Shown in pieces: positions 47,429 to 56,783 of a stretch of DNA of 64,000 bases. The first letter of the stretch is position 1. The number at the start of each line of letters is the position of its first letter. The stretch is from Bacteroidota bacterium (GTDB taxonomy: Bacteria > Bacteroidota > Bacteroidia > Bacteroidales > BM520), in contig PDRJ01000035.1 in NCBI GenBank assembly GCA_002748065.1, positions 47 to 64,046 on the forward strand, given 5' to 3'. Under the pieces are notes generated by a model that had not been told where the DNA came from, made no database searches, and was given only the letters and a program-made list of their open reading frames with translations. A program made the position numbers and the translations under genes.

Positions 47429-48076
47429 ATGCATATTGCTGTTGCAGGAAATATCGGCTCCGGAAAAACCACACTAACCAAGCTTCTCTCCAAACATTTT
47501 GGCTGGGAGCCTCACTTCGAAGACATTGACACCAACCCTTATCTGGAGAGTTTCTATGAAGATATGCAACGTTGGTCCTTTAACCTTCAAGTCTACTTTT
47601 TGAATAGTCGTTTCCGTCAGATTATCTCCTTTCGAAAAGGAGAAAAAACGGTTATTCAAGACCGCACCATTTATGAGGATGCCCGCATTTTTGCGCCCAA
47701 CCTCCACGCCATGAACCTGATGACAACCCGTGACTTCGAAAATTATATGTCGCTATTTGAGCTTATGAACAGTTTTATCCAACCGCCTGATCTACTCATC
47801 TACCTTAAAGCGACCGTTCCCACACTGGTCAAACAGATTCAACTTCGTGGAAGGGAATACGAAGAGTCTATCCGAATTGATTACCTCAAAAGCCTCAACG
47901 AACGGTATGAGGAGTGGATTTCCCATTACGAGCGGGGCAAACTACTCATTGTCGATGTGGATCAACTCGATTTTGCCAATAATCCGGAGAACCTGGGGTC
48001 TATCATTGAACGCATTGACGCAGAACTGCACGGACTCTTTCAGGAAAAGAGCACCATGCAAAGACACACGAGATAG
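47429..48076 (+). CDS. deoxynucleoside kinase
   Basis: A P-loop (IAVAGNIGSGKTTL), DRTIYED and a dNK-like LID region (QIQLRGREYE) are present. Confidence 0.88.
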   Translation: MHIAVAGNIGSGKTTLTKLLSKHFGWEPHFEDIDTNPYLESFYEDMQRWSFNLQVYFLNSRFRQIISFRKGEKTVIQDRTIYEDARIFAPNLHAMNLMTTRDFENYMSLFELMNSFIQPPDLLIYLKATVPTLVKQIQLRGREYEESIRIDYLKSLNERYEEWISHYERGKLLIVDVDQLDFANNPENLGSIIERIDAELHGLFQEKSTMQRHTR

Positions 48077-48224
48077 TATCTCTCCATAAAGTCAGCGTTT
48101 TGAGAAGAGGCTGTATAGAACGTTCGAATGCGAGGCTTGCGAAGACTGAAATAGGTTAGTTTACTGAGGTAAATGACCCTTTGGAAGAGAAGCATCACCA
48201 AGAAGTCGGCCTATAGACGGACGC
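48076..48224 (+). mobile_element. MITE-like intergenic element, copy C (149 nt, TA-flanked)
   Basis: The ends are GTATCTCTCCATAAAGTC ... GGCCTATAGACGGACGC. TA lies at 48074-48075 and 48225-48226. The 5' TA plus the first element base form the TAG stop of the deoxynucleoside kinase gene. Confidence 0.6.
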
Positions 48225-48267
48225 TAGATAGTTCCAGACAAAAATATCAAGAAAAAATAATCAATCC

Positions 48268-49002
48268 ATGAAAATATTAGGTGTTATTCCCGCAAGATAT
48301 GGCTCAACCCGTTTTCCGGGAAAACCGTTGGTGAAGATCAATGGGAAAAGTATGATCATGCGTGTTGTGGAGCAAGCTTCACAATGTGAAATGCTGACCA
48401 ACGTAGTAGTAGCAACCGATGATCAACGCATTTTTGAACACGTCAAGGAACAGGGAGGCACAGTACTTATGACTGCAACCACCCACCAAAGCGGCACAGA
48501 GCGATGTGGCGAGGTATTTAGGCTTATGGAAGCCAATGACTCCTTCGATGCCGTCATCAATATTCAAGGCGACGAACCGTTTATTGATCCCCGACAGATC
48601 ACACAAGTTGCCTCCCTTCTTCAGCGTAGGGAAGAGGTTCAGATTGCCACCTTGATCAAAAAGACAGAGGAGCAGGCAGATTTTCTGAACCCCAACATTA
48701 TCAAAGTGATCATTGATAATACCGGCAAAGCGCTTTACTTCAGCCGTGCGCCCATTCCCTACCACCGCGACAAGCAACGCCCCATTAAAGGGTTCACCCA
48801 TGTGGGCATTTATGGATTTCAAAGCGATATACTAAACGCCATTACCGCACTTCCCCCGGCACTCCTTGAGGATACGGAGAAACTGGAGCAATTGCGCTGG
48901 CTTTACCATGGCTACTCCATTCACACTGCGCTAACCACCTTTCAATCAAAGAGTATCGACACACCCGAAGATTTATCAAAACTTATACACAATTGCACAT
49001 AA
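48268..49002 (+). CDS. kdsB: 3-deoxy-manno-octulosonate cytidylyltransferase
   Basis: GVIPARYGSTRFPGKPL, VVATDD and NIQGDEPFI motifs are present. Confidence 0.92.
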   Translation: MKILGVIPARYGSTRFPGKPLVKINGKSMIMRVVEQASQCEMLTNVVVATDDQRIFEHVKEQGGTVLMTATTHQSGTERCGEVFRLMEANDSFDAVINIQGDEPFIDPRQITQVASLLQRREEVQIATLIKKTEEQADFLNPNIIKVIIDNTGKALYFSRAPIPYHRDKQRPIKGFTHVGIYGFQSDILNAITALPPALLEDTEKLEQLRWLYHGYSIHTALTTFQSKSIDTPEDLSKLIHNCT

Positions 49003-49018
49003 ATTCACCCCATTGTTG

Positions 49019-49026
49019 TATCTTTG
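49019..49026 (+). promoter_or_regulatory. -7 box TATCTTTG, 37 nt before the SPOR-protein ATG
   Basis: Exact TAnnTTTG. It supports the start at 49064. Confidence 0.4.
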
Positions 49027-49063
49027 CTTTGGTTGATTGTGCCAATGTTGTAACCTCAAAAAG

Positions 49064-50161
49064 ATGAAAGATTCAATCCTATCCGATGCCATCAGGGAGT
49101 TGTTGTACCAGCATGACTGTGTTATCATCCCCGACTTTGGAGGACTTTTGCTACACTACCAACCGGCAACGGTTCATCCAGTTACGCATCTATTCTCTCC
49201 TCCGTCGAAAGATCTTGCTTTTAACCGGAATTTATCGGTAAACGACGGACTCCTTGCCAACCATATTGCACGTAAACATCAACAGTCTTACGACGAAGTG
49301 GTAAGCGAGCTCAGTTTGTGGGTTCAAGAAACACGAGACGCCTTGAATGCGACCCATCAAGTCTCCATAGAGGGGATCGGTACCTTCCTCCAGGATGAGG
49401 AAAACAACTTGCAGTTTATCGCTGAAAAGGGCACCAACTTTTACAAAGAGGCCTATGGCTTACCCGATTTCTCCTCTCCGGCAATCATCCGAAATCACAC
49501 GATAAAGAAGGAACCGTTAGTTACACCTCTACCTCCGGAGCCCTCTCAATGGCAACGCTTTCGTCGCGTTGCAGCCATCTTTTTCCCTGCAGCCATCCTT
49601 ACGGGGGCAGTCCTTCTCAGCTTCTTAAATTCTCAATCTGACCAAAAGATCAGTTACAGTGGCATTCTGGTATCATGCAATCGAAGTACCCCTTCCCAGC
49701 AAGAGAAGCCCCTTTCGCAACCTGTACCAATGGAAAAAGAAGAGAGCACGGAGCAACCTATAACCCCAGAGGAGGAAAAGGCTCCTGACACCACCCTCTA
49801 TATAAAAGAGGAGCAGCCTGAAACACCGCCTCCTCCTCAAGAGCCCACCCCAGTTCATACACAAACAACCCCACAACATGGCGATCCCTCCCGGGATTTT
49901 AATGCCAAGTTTAAAGCTCCTGATACTCCGGGAAAGCGCTACTACATCATTGTGGGCTCTTACAACACATCCCATCAAGCCGATCAAAGAGTGGAAGCAC
50001 TACGCATTAACCATCACTTCGACGCTTACGTTATCAACAAGAGTAAAAAGGGTACCTTCCGGGTGAGTATTGAATCCTATCTCCATTTGGAAACGGCACA
50101 AACCCGACTAGAAACCATTCGAGAAACCATCAATAAAGAGGCATGGCTCTTACGAAAGTAA
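49064..50161 (+). CDS. HU-like N-terminal domain / SPOR C-terminal domain protein
   Basis: The N-terminus reads ELLYQHDCVIIPDFGGLLLHYQPA. A Pro/Glu-rich linker follows, then a C-terminal SPOR-like block YYIIVGSYNTSHQADQRVEAL...FRVSIESY. Confidence 0.7.
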   Translation: MKDSILSDAIRELLYQHDCVIIPDFGGLLLHYQPATVHPVTHLFSPPSKDLAFNRNLSVNDGLLANHIARKHQQSYDEVVSELSLWVQETRDALNATHQVSIEGIGTFLQDEENNLQFIAEKGTNFYKEAYGLPDFSSPAIIRNHTIKKEPLVTPLPPEPSQWQRFRRVAAIFFPAAILTGAVLLSFLNSQSDQKISYSGILVSCNRSTPSQQEKPLSQPVPMEKEESTEQPITPEEEKAPDTTLYIKEEQPETPPPPQEPTPVHTQTTPQHGDPSRDFNAKFKAPDTPGKRYYIIVGSYNTSHQADQRVEALRINHHFDAYVINKSKKGTFRVSIESYLHLETAQTRLETIRETINKEAWLLRK

Positions 50162-50183
50162 GAAAAATGTTTCCGACGACACC

Positions 50184-50924
50184 GTGAAAAAAAAGAAGCA
50201 ACATTTTCTTGAGAATAAAACCTTTAGCCATCTTTTTCAACCTACATTTGAAGAGGTACGTGAAGGGTATGCTTTGAAAGGCAAATGGCATACCTACTTT
50301 AAGAACAACCACCCCATTGTGCTAGAGTTGGGTTGTGGAAAGGGTGAATACACCGTGGGCCTGGCGCAAAAATACCCCCACAAAAATTTCATTGGACTGG
50401 ATCAAAAGGGGGCTCGTTTATGGCGTGGAGGCAAAACAGTACAGGAGCTACAGATCCCCAATGCAGCCTTCATCCGTTCATCGGGTGAATTTTTAGAGTA
50501 CCTCTTTGATCGGGAAGAGCTCTCCGCCATATGGATCACCTTCCCGGAACCCCACCCACAGCAAGCCAAAGCAAAAAAACGTTTCACCTCACCGCAGTTC
50601 AATCAACGGTTTAAGAATATTCTCAAGAAGGAGGGAATCATCCACCTCAAAACGGACAATCCCGAATTTTACAACTTTACACTGGAGAGCATAGAAGCAT
50701 CCGGCCATCTTCTACTGGCAAAATACGATAACCTCTATGCAGAAAACCCCCACGAAGAGGTGCAGGAGATTCAAACCTATTATGAGAAGATCTGGCTACG
50801 CGAAGGGCGCACCATCAAATACCTCCGTTACCAGTTGAACCCCCATTTCTTTGAAGGGAGATACCAAATCACCACGGATCTTAATACCCAAAACTATCAC
50901 AAAAAGCCACAACATAGAGACTAA
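50184..50924 (+). CDS. trmB: tRNA (guanine-N7)-methyltransferase
   Basis: VLELGCGKGEYTVGLA, IWITFPEPHP and HLKTDN motifs are present. The start is GTG. Confidence 0.85.
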   Translation: MKKKKQHFLENKTFSHLFQPTFEEVREGYALKGKWHTYFKNNHPIVLELGCGKGEYTVGLAQKYPHKNFIGLDQKGARLWRGGKTVQELQIPNAAFIRSSGEFLEYLFDREELSAIWITFPEPHPQQAKAKKRFTSPQFNQRFKNILKKEGIIHLKTDNPEFYNFTLESIEASGHLLLAKYDNLYAENPHEEVQEIQTYYEKIWLREGRTIKYLRYQLNPHFFEGRYQITTDLNTQNYHKKPQHRD

Positions 50925-51240
50925 CTTTTACCACCGCGTATACGAAGTGGTATCCCGGATACCCTACGGCAGCGTAACGACTTATGGAGCCATCGCCTCT
51001 TTTTTAGGCTCCAGGAGGAGTGCTCGCATGGTAGGATGGGCGTTGAATCGCACCAAAACTTCACTTAGCGATCTTCCTGCACACCGTGTAGTAAACAGAA
51101 AAGGGATGCTCACCGGAAAACACCATTTTGGAGGAAGCCACACCATGAAAGAACTTCTAGAAGCAGAGGGCATCCCGATAAAAGAGCACCAGATTATTGA
51201 TTTTGAGAAGTTTTTATGGGATCCTTCCAAAGGAGAGTAG
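50851..51240 (+). CDS. alkyltransferase-like (ATL) protein, MGMT DNA-binding domain without acceptor cysteine
   Basis: FYHRVYEVVSRIPYGSVTTYGAIA is present, and PAHRVVN replaces PCHRV. The only upstream canonical start is the TTG at 50851, which overlaps trmB by 74 nt, so the start is uncertain. Confidence 0.7.
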   Translation: MKGDTKSPRILIPKTITKSHNIETNFYHRVYEVVSRIPYGSVTTYGAIASFLGSRRSARMVGWALNRTKTSLSDLPAHRVVNRKGMLTGKHHFGGSHTMKELLEAEGIPIKEHQIIDFEKFLWDPSKGE

Positions 51241-51355
51241 CAAGAGAAACACCCCCCTCTCAAAAGGGGATTCCCCCCACCTCACCTCCCCCAACAACAG
51301 CGCTATACGGCACATAAAATATCCTTCACCCCATAGAAAGAAACCTCCGGATTGT

Positions 51356-51363
51356 TACCTTTG
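51356..51363 (+). promoter_or_regulatory. -7 box TACCTTTG, 16 nt before the pdxK ATG
   Basis: Exact TAnnTTTG. It supports the start at 51380. Confidence 0.45.
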
Positions 51364-51379
51364 CAAAAAAGCACCTCTT

Positions 51380-52246
51380 ATGAAAAGCCCGGTCAAAAAA
51401 GTTGCAGCCATTCATGACCTATCCGGTTATGGTCGCTCATCTCTCACCGTTGTTATGCCCATTCTATCCTCCATGGGAATTTATGTCTGCCCTCTACCCA
51501 CGGCCATCCTCTCGACCAACAGCTCCTTTCCCGGCTTCCACTTTGCCGACATGACAGAACAGATCGGGCCAATCGTTAAACACTGGAAGAATTTAGGGCT
51601 TCATTTTGATGGAATCTACAGTGGTTTTTTAGGATCCCCCACACAAACGGAAATAGTAAAAGAGGTCATCAATGATTTCTCCACACAAGACTCCTTGATT
51701 ATTGTAGACCCCGTTCTCGGTGATAATGGGAAGTTGTATGAACCTTTCAAGCGCGATATGATCACGGGCATGAAATCGCTTATTCGTCATGCCAAAATCA
51801 TCACTCCCAACCTCACAGAGGCCTGTTTTTTACTTGACGAGCCCTACCAAACACACCTCTCCATCCAGGAGATCAAAACATACGCGGTAAGGCTTGCTGC
51901 ACAAGGCCCCGATACGGTTATTATTACCAGTGCTCCCAATGAAGGCTCTGATAGCGCTGTCATTGCATATGATGCCAACAGCCGACGATTCTGGAAAGTA
52001 GGTTGTTCCTATTTACCGGCGGAGTATCCAGGCACAGGCGACACCTTTACCAGCGTAATATGCGGTGCCTTACTTCAGGGAGACTCTCTTCCCATTGCCC
52101 TGGATCGAGCTGTACACTTTGTCTCCTATGGTGTTCGGGCAACCTTTGGCTACGAACACGATACCAGAGAGGGCATTCTGCAGGAGAAAATACTCCGCTC
52201 GCTGGATACCCCCGTACAAATATCCTCCTATGAACTTATGGATTAG
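51380..52246 (+). CDS. pdxK: pyridoxal/pyridoxamine kinase
   Basis: VAAIHDLSGYGRSSLTVVMPILS, IVDPVLGDNG, ITPNLTEA and GTGDTFTS motifs are present. The start is set at MKSPVKK behind a TACCTTTG box. Confidence 0.8.
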   Translation: MKSPVKKVAAIHDLSGYGRSSLTVVMPILSSMGIYVCPLPTAILSTNSSFPGFHFADMTEQIGPIVKHWKNLGLHFDGIYSGFLGSPTQTEIVKEVINDFSTQDSLIIVDPVLGDNGKLYEPFKRDMITGMKSLIRHAKIITPNLTEACFLLDEPYQTHLSIQEIKTYAVRLAAQGPDTVIITSAPNEGSDSAVIAYDANSRRFWKVGCSYLPAEYPGTGDTFTSVICGALLQGDSLPIALDRAVHFVSYGVRATFGYEHDTREGILQEKILRSLDTPVQISSYELMD

Positions 52247-52257
52247 ACAAAATATAA

Positions 52258-52265
52258 TACCTTTG
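52258..52265 (+). promoter_or_regulatory. -7 box TACCTTTG, 57 nt before the apbC ATG
   Basis: Exact TAnnTTTG in the intergenic gap. Confidence 0.4.
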
Positions 52266-52322
52266 TACTCCAATGAACGAAAAGGCCTTCTAGGAGAAGG
52301 CACATCTAAAATCTAATACACA

Positions 52323-53213
52323 ATGGATTCTTCACAATCACATTCGGCCAAGGAGACGCAAAAGACTCTCCCCGAAGTAAAAAATATCATTGCCGTTGCC
52401 TCAGGCAAAGGAGGTGTAGGAAAATCTACCGTATCTGCTAACCTGGCTATTGCCCTGGCAAAAACCGGGGCATCCGTAGGACTTATTGATGCCGATATTT
52501 ACGGCCCCTCCATGCCTACCATGTTTGGGTTGAAAGAGGTCAAACCTCAAATCAAAGAGGAAAATGGGAAACAGATCATTATGCCCATAGAGCAACACGG
52601 GATCAAACTCCTCTCCATCGGTTTCTTTGTAGAGCCTGACCAAGCCCTTCTATGGAGAGGCCCCATGGCCAGCGGAGCCCTTTCTCAACTATTTACCGAT
52701 GCCGAGTGGGGTGCCCTTGACTATATGGTCATCGACCTTCCTCCCGGAACAGGGGATATCCATCTCACACTGGTTCAGTCCTTGGCTGTAACCGGAGTCG
52801 TCATCGTATCCACCCCACAGGAGATTGCCCTGGCAGATGCCAGAAGAGCCTTCGGAATGTTTAAATCCAATGCGGTGAAAGTCCCCATACTCGGACTTAT
52901 TGAGAACATGGCTTATTTCACCCCGGAAGAGCTTCCGGAGAACAAATACTATATCTTCGGTAAAGAGGGAGGAAAAGAGCTTGCAGAGAAATCTCATGTG
53001 GCACTCCTCGGCCAAATCCCCTTGGTACAGAAGATCTGTGAATCAGGAGATCAAGGCAAACCTCTTGGCATGGACGACACACATCCTGTTGCCAAAGCAT
53101 TTGATGAAATCACCGAAAATTTACTCATCCAACTCAACATCAGGAACTCCTTCATGCGTCCTACGCAAAAAGTAAATATCGACCCCAACGCAGAAGGTTG
53201 TAGCCACGTATAA
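52323..53213 (+). CDS. apbC: Mrp/NBP35 family iron-sulfur cluster carrier ATPase
   Basis: IAVASGKGGVGKST, IDLPPGTGD and ENMAYF motifs are present. There is no N-terminal DUF59-like extension. Confidence 0.88.
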   Translation: MDSSQSHSAKETQKTLPEVKNIIAVASGKGGVGKSTVSANLAIALAKTGASVGLIDADIYGPSMPTMFGLKEVKPQIKEENGKQIIMPIEQHGIKLLSIGFFVEPDQALLWRGPMASGALSQLFTDAEWGALDYMVIDLPPGTGDIHLTLVQSLAVTGVVIVSTPQEIALADARRAFGMFKSNAVKVPILGLIENMAYFTPEELPENKYYIFGKEGGKELAEKSHVALLGQIPLVQKICESGDQGKPLGMDDTHPVAKAFDEITENLLIQLNIRNSFMRPTQKVNIDPNAEGCSHV

Positions 53214-53230
53214 TCTTTAACCAACAAAAC

Positions 53231-53467
53231 ATGGATAGAAAAGAACTTGAATCAAAAGTAATTAAAGTACTGGATCAGATACGCCCTTACCTGCTGCAAG
53301 ATGGTGGGGATCTAGCATTTGTGGAGCTCACCGACGACAATGTGGTGAAGGTAAAACTTAAAGGAGCTTGCGGATCGTGCCCTTACAGCAGAATGACCCT
53401 AAAAGACGGTATCGAAAGAGCCGTCGTACAATCCCTCCCGGAGATCAAATCCGTAGAAGAGGCCTAA
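53231..53467 (+). CDS. NifU-like Fe-S cluster protein (C-terminal NifU domain)
   Basis: The ORF is 78 aa with IRPYLLQDGGDLAFVEL and GACGSCPYS motifs. Confidence 0.85.
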   Translation: MDRKELESKVIKVLDQIRPYLLQDGGDLAFVELTDDNVVKVKLKGACGSCPYSRMTLKDGIERAVVQSLPEIKSVEEA

Positions 53468-53477
53468 GATAGAGAAA

Positions 53478-53511
53478 GGGAACGCCACACCAAGGTCCGT
53501 TCCCTTTTTTT
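53478..53511 (+). terminator. rho-independent terminator after the NifU-like gene
   Basis: GGGAACG...CGTTCCC is followed by TTTTTTT. Confidence 0.65.
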
Positions 53512-53529
53512 CATCTGTTTATACTTTGT

Positions 53530-53630
53530 AGCCTTTGGCTTGGGTTAATGGCAACATTCATAAAAAATGTCCTCCATCTTCCAACTTCGATCTTCCAACT
53601 TCCGTTCCCATAACCATTCCGTTGTGTGTC
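53530..53630 (+). repeat. heptamer-armed repeat family, copy 3 (diverged)
   Basis: AGCCTTTGGCTTGGGTTAATGGCAACATTCATAAAAAATGTCCTCCATCTTCCAACTTCGATCTTCCAACTTCCGTTCCCATAACCATTCC aligns colinearly with copy 1, at roughly 70% identity by eye. Confidence 0.5.
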
Positions 53631-53657
53631 TAAAAATTAGTCATGGATGTTTCATCG

Positions 53658-55298
53658 CTATCTTATTTCAGGATGTTTTGCCACCAATGGCATTCTCCAC
53701 TCTGACCCAAAAGCCATCTCCGTTACGCGAAGAATAGGAGGGGCTTGGGCGCGTTTGTATTCATTCATTGCCACCAATCTTAAGACTCGCCGTACCATCT
53801 CCTCCTCAAAACCCAACGCTACTATCTCCTCAAGGCCTTTTCGCTTTTCCAGATAATACAACAACACCTCATCTAAGACGTCATAATCGGGTAAAGAGTC
53901 GGAATCTTTTTGCCCCGGCCTTAACTCAGCGGAAGGAGGTTTAGTGATGGTATTCCAAGGGATCACCTCCTCATAACGATTCATGTAACGTGCCAAAGCA
54001 AATACCTGAGTTTTGTACACATCTCCCAAAACCGACAGCCCTCCACACATATCACCATATAGGGTTCCATACCCTACAGCAGCCTCACTCTTATTACTGG
54101 TATTCAACAACATATAACCAAACTTATTGGAGAGTGCCATAAGGACTACCCCCCGCAAGCGAGCCTGAATATTTTCCTCAGTCACATCAAAAGGCTTACC
54201 TTCAAAATAGGGCGACAACTGCTGAAGAAAGGTCTCATAAAGGGCATTCACCGGAATTAGATGATAGGGACTTCCTAGATTTTCAGCCAAAGCACGGGCA
54301 TCTTGTACCGAATGATCCGAACTAAATGGAGAGGGAAGCAAAACACCAAGCACATTTTCTGCACCAAGCGCTTTCGCCGCGAGCACCATGGTAACAGCCG
54401 AATCAATTCCCCCGGAAAGGCCCAATACAGCTTTCTTGAAACCCGTTTTTTTCATATAATCCCGGATTCCCATAACTAGCGCATCATGGATAAGGGCAGG
54501 CTCTGCCCCTTCTCGTTGTGAAGGAGAATCTTCACCCTCATTTCGAGCAAAAACAGCCCCTTCCCGAAGATCAAAAACAGCAACCTCCTCCTCAAAAGAA
54601 GCCAAGCATTGGATCTCTCCCTCCTTTCCCAGAAGCATAGAAGCGCCAGGGTAAAGCAGCTCGGCAACGCCGCCCACGTGGTTCACCTGCACCAATGGCA
54701 CCTTCAAAAGGGATACTAGCTTCGTAAGCAAGGAGCCTTGTCGCTGCCATTGAGCGACACTAAAAGGGAGAGAAACCATGTTCACCAAAAGATCCAGCGA
54801 TGCCACATCCGGCATATGGTGGGGGTCATGTTCCCACACACCAACCTGCTCCTCACGCAACAGGGCGTCACCACAGACAACCCCAACGCGCTTCCCCTCA
54901 ATCTCAACCACAGGGAAAGGAGCTTCGGGGGGAGCCCCCAACGACCCTCCGGTTGCAGCACCAATCCAGCAGGAATCTTTCAGGTAAGCCGCCACCTTCC
55001 CTTCACGGAGAACAGCTACTACACGAGAGAGACCCTCACGCTCCTCCAGGGGAACCCCCACAAGAGCGGTAATTCCCACACAATGCGACGCAATCTGCGC
55101 TAAAGAGTGCGCAGCCTGCGCAAAGAAACGCTTATAACGGGCCAAATCCCGGAAAGCCACTCCGGAAAGAACATCCTCAGGAAAGAGAACCAATGCCGCT
55201 CCTGCAGAGCGAGCTTTCTGGATTGCCTTACAAATTAATTCACAGTTATACGCATAATCCCCAACACGGGAATTTAACTGAGCTATTGCAACACGCAT
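53658..55298 (-). CDS. nadE: glutamine-dependent NAD+ synthase
   Basis: An N-terminal nitrilase-like domain (MRVAIAQLN..LVLFPE) is followed by the synthetase domain (LGLSGGIDSAV, NKSEAAVGYGTLYGD). Confidence 0.92.
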   Translation of the reverse strand: MRVAIAQLNSRVGDYAYNCELICKAIQKARSAGAALVLFPEDVLSGVAFRDLARYKRFFAQAAHSLAQIASHCVGITALVGVPLEEREGLSRVVAVLREGKVAAYLKDSCWIGAATGGSLGAPPEAPFPVVEIEGKRVGVVCGDALLREEQVGVWEHDPHHMPDVASLDLLVNMVSLPFSVAQWQRQGSLLTKLVSLLKVPLVQVNHVGGVAELLYPGASMLLGKEGEIQCLASFEEEVAVFDLREGAVFARNEGEDSPSQREGAEPALIHDALVMGIRDYMKKTGFKKAVLGLSGGIDSAVTMVLAAKALGAENVLGVLLPSPFSSDHSVQDARALAENLGSPYHLIPVNALYETFLQQLSPYFEGKPFDVTEENIQARLRGVVLMALSNKFGYMLLNTSNKSEAAVGYGTLYGDMCGGLSVLGDVYKTQVFALARYMNRYEEVIPWNTITKPPSAELRPGQKDSDSLPDYDVLDEVLLYYLEKRKGLEEIVALGFEEEMVRRVLRLVAMNEYKRAQAPPILRVTEMAFGSEWRMPLVAKHPEIR

Positions 55299-55313
55299 GC
55301 TAACACAATCCTA

Positions 55314-56000
55314 TTAAAAGATAACTCCAATGCAGAATTGGAAAGTAAAAGGAGTCGCTTTCTCCTTTATATCCGGATTATACACAGTATTCACTCGTCC
55401 CAGGACATCGGTAAAACCTTTCCGAAACAAAAGACTCCCGGTAATGGCTGTGGACTTATCAATATAGAACTCTGTCCCCCCCCCAAACAGCAAGCCTATC
55501 TGAAAAAAGTTAATATCCTCCTTAATGTTCAGATCCTCCACAACGGGGCCATAGTTATCTTTTCCCTTTGCCGAAACATTAATAGCAGGACCAACACCAA
55601 TTTGTCCAAAATACTTCATTGCCCCAAACTGATTGGTCTTCATCTTCAGGGACAAGGGAACTTCCACATACTTCAGGTTATATTTCCGCAAAACAGGCAC
55701 AGGCGCCGTAATATTATCCACCTCTTTCACGTCAATATAGCGCAATTTACCATTATTGGACAGATAATTAACCCCTGTGGAGAGGAAATAATTTTCCGTC
55801 AATGCAAAATCACACACAAAACTCCAGGAGAGGCCGAAACCGGCACCTTCAGACTCATATCCGGTAGATTCATCAGGAGTCAACCAACCCAAACCGGGAG
55901 CAATTTGCAAACCCAATTTAAAAGGTTTTTGCTGTGCATTAGAAAAAAGAGGAAGCATCATAAAAGCAGTTATCACTGCCCACAAGAAATTGCGTTTCAT
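55314..56000 (-). CDS. outer-membrane beta-barrel protein (PorT/OMP_b-brl_2-like)
   Basis: A signal peptide ending NAQ is followed by an alternating amphipathic beta-strand pattern and a C-terminal aromatic residue (GVIF). Confidence 0.65.
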   Translation of the reverse strand: MKRNFLWAVITAFMMLPLFSNAQQKPFKLGLQIAPGLGWLTPDESTGYESEGAGFGLSWSFVCDFALTENYFLSTGVNYLSNNGKLRYIDVKEVDNITAPVPVLRKYNLKYVEVPLSLKMKTNQFGAMKYFGQIGVGPAINVSAKGKDNYGPVVEDLNIKEDINFFQIGLLFGGGTEFYIDKSTAITGSLLFRKGFTDVLGRVNTVYNPDIKEKATPFTFQFCIGVIF

Positions 56001-56141
56001 AGTACTAACGAATTAAAATACAACATACATTACATTCCTAACATTCCCTTAAACCAAGGATGTATGTGGACAAAAATACAAAAAACCTCCATTGATATCC
56101 TCCGGAAAGCACCAAATATTGCGAAATTGGTTTACAAAAGA

Positions 56142-56149
56142 TACCTTTG
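56142..56149 (+). promoter_or_regulatory. -7 box TACCTTTG with TTG 20 nt upstream (56119-56121), 18 nt before the OMP ATG
   Basis: Exact TAnnTTTG plus an appropriately spaced -33-like TTG. Confidence 0.45.
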
Positions 56150-56167
56150 CAACAAAAGGAGGGCTCT

Positions 56168-56779
56168 ATGCAAAGAAAAATTGTCATCATACTGTTTCTC
56201 TGCGTCTTTTGTGGTGCAGCCAATACGTTTGGTCAAAAGACATTTAACCTGGGCGTAAGGGGAGGTTACACCTCCACCAAGTTAGCGATCTCCACCGATC
56301 ACATCAAAGAGGGGCTAAGACATAACTTTCATTTGGGGCTTTTTGCACGCCTCAATGGCAATAGACTTTTTCTCCAACCGGAAATCTGCCTCAACAACAA
56401 GGGAGGGATTCTCGTTGAGACACCTGGCGGAGGTACCACAAGCATTACCAACCGCCTCGATTTTGTAACCATGGACATTCCCCTCTTTTTGGGAATATAC
56501 CTGATCAATCAAGACAATGTAAGGTTGAGCATTTTAGCGGGTCCCATGGCAAGTATGATTCTCGACAGCAACTTCAAAGTTTCGGAAACCTTTGATTTTA
56601 TTGCTAATCAGTCCTTCGACCAAGCTTTATGGTCGGCACAGGCGGGAGTAATCCTCGATCTTTTTTCCTTCACGCTAGGCGTAAGGACGGAGATCGGATT
56701 ATCAGATCTATCGCATAACGACCACTTTGATCTTTTCCAACGAACCCTTAACATCAGCTTTGGTATTAAGATCTTATAA
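56168..56779 (+). CDS. outer-membrane beta-barrel protein (PorT/OMP_b-brl_2-like)
   Basis: A signal peptide (MQRKIVIILFLCVFCGAANTFGQ) is followed by beta-strand periodicity, ending FGIKIL. A TACCTTTG box lies 18 nt upstream. Confidence 0.65.
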   Translation: MQRKIVIILFLCVFCGAANTFGQKTFNLGVRGGYTSTKLAISTDHIKEGLRHNFHLGLFARLNGNRLFLQPEICLNNKGGILVETPGGGTTSITNRLDFVTMDIPLFLGIYLINQDNVRLSILAGPMASMILDSNFKVSETFDFIANQSFDQALWSAQAGVILDLFSFTLGVRTEIGLSDLSHNDHFDLFQRTLNISFGIKIL

Positions 56780-56783
56780 CCTT

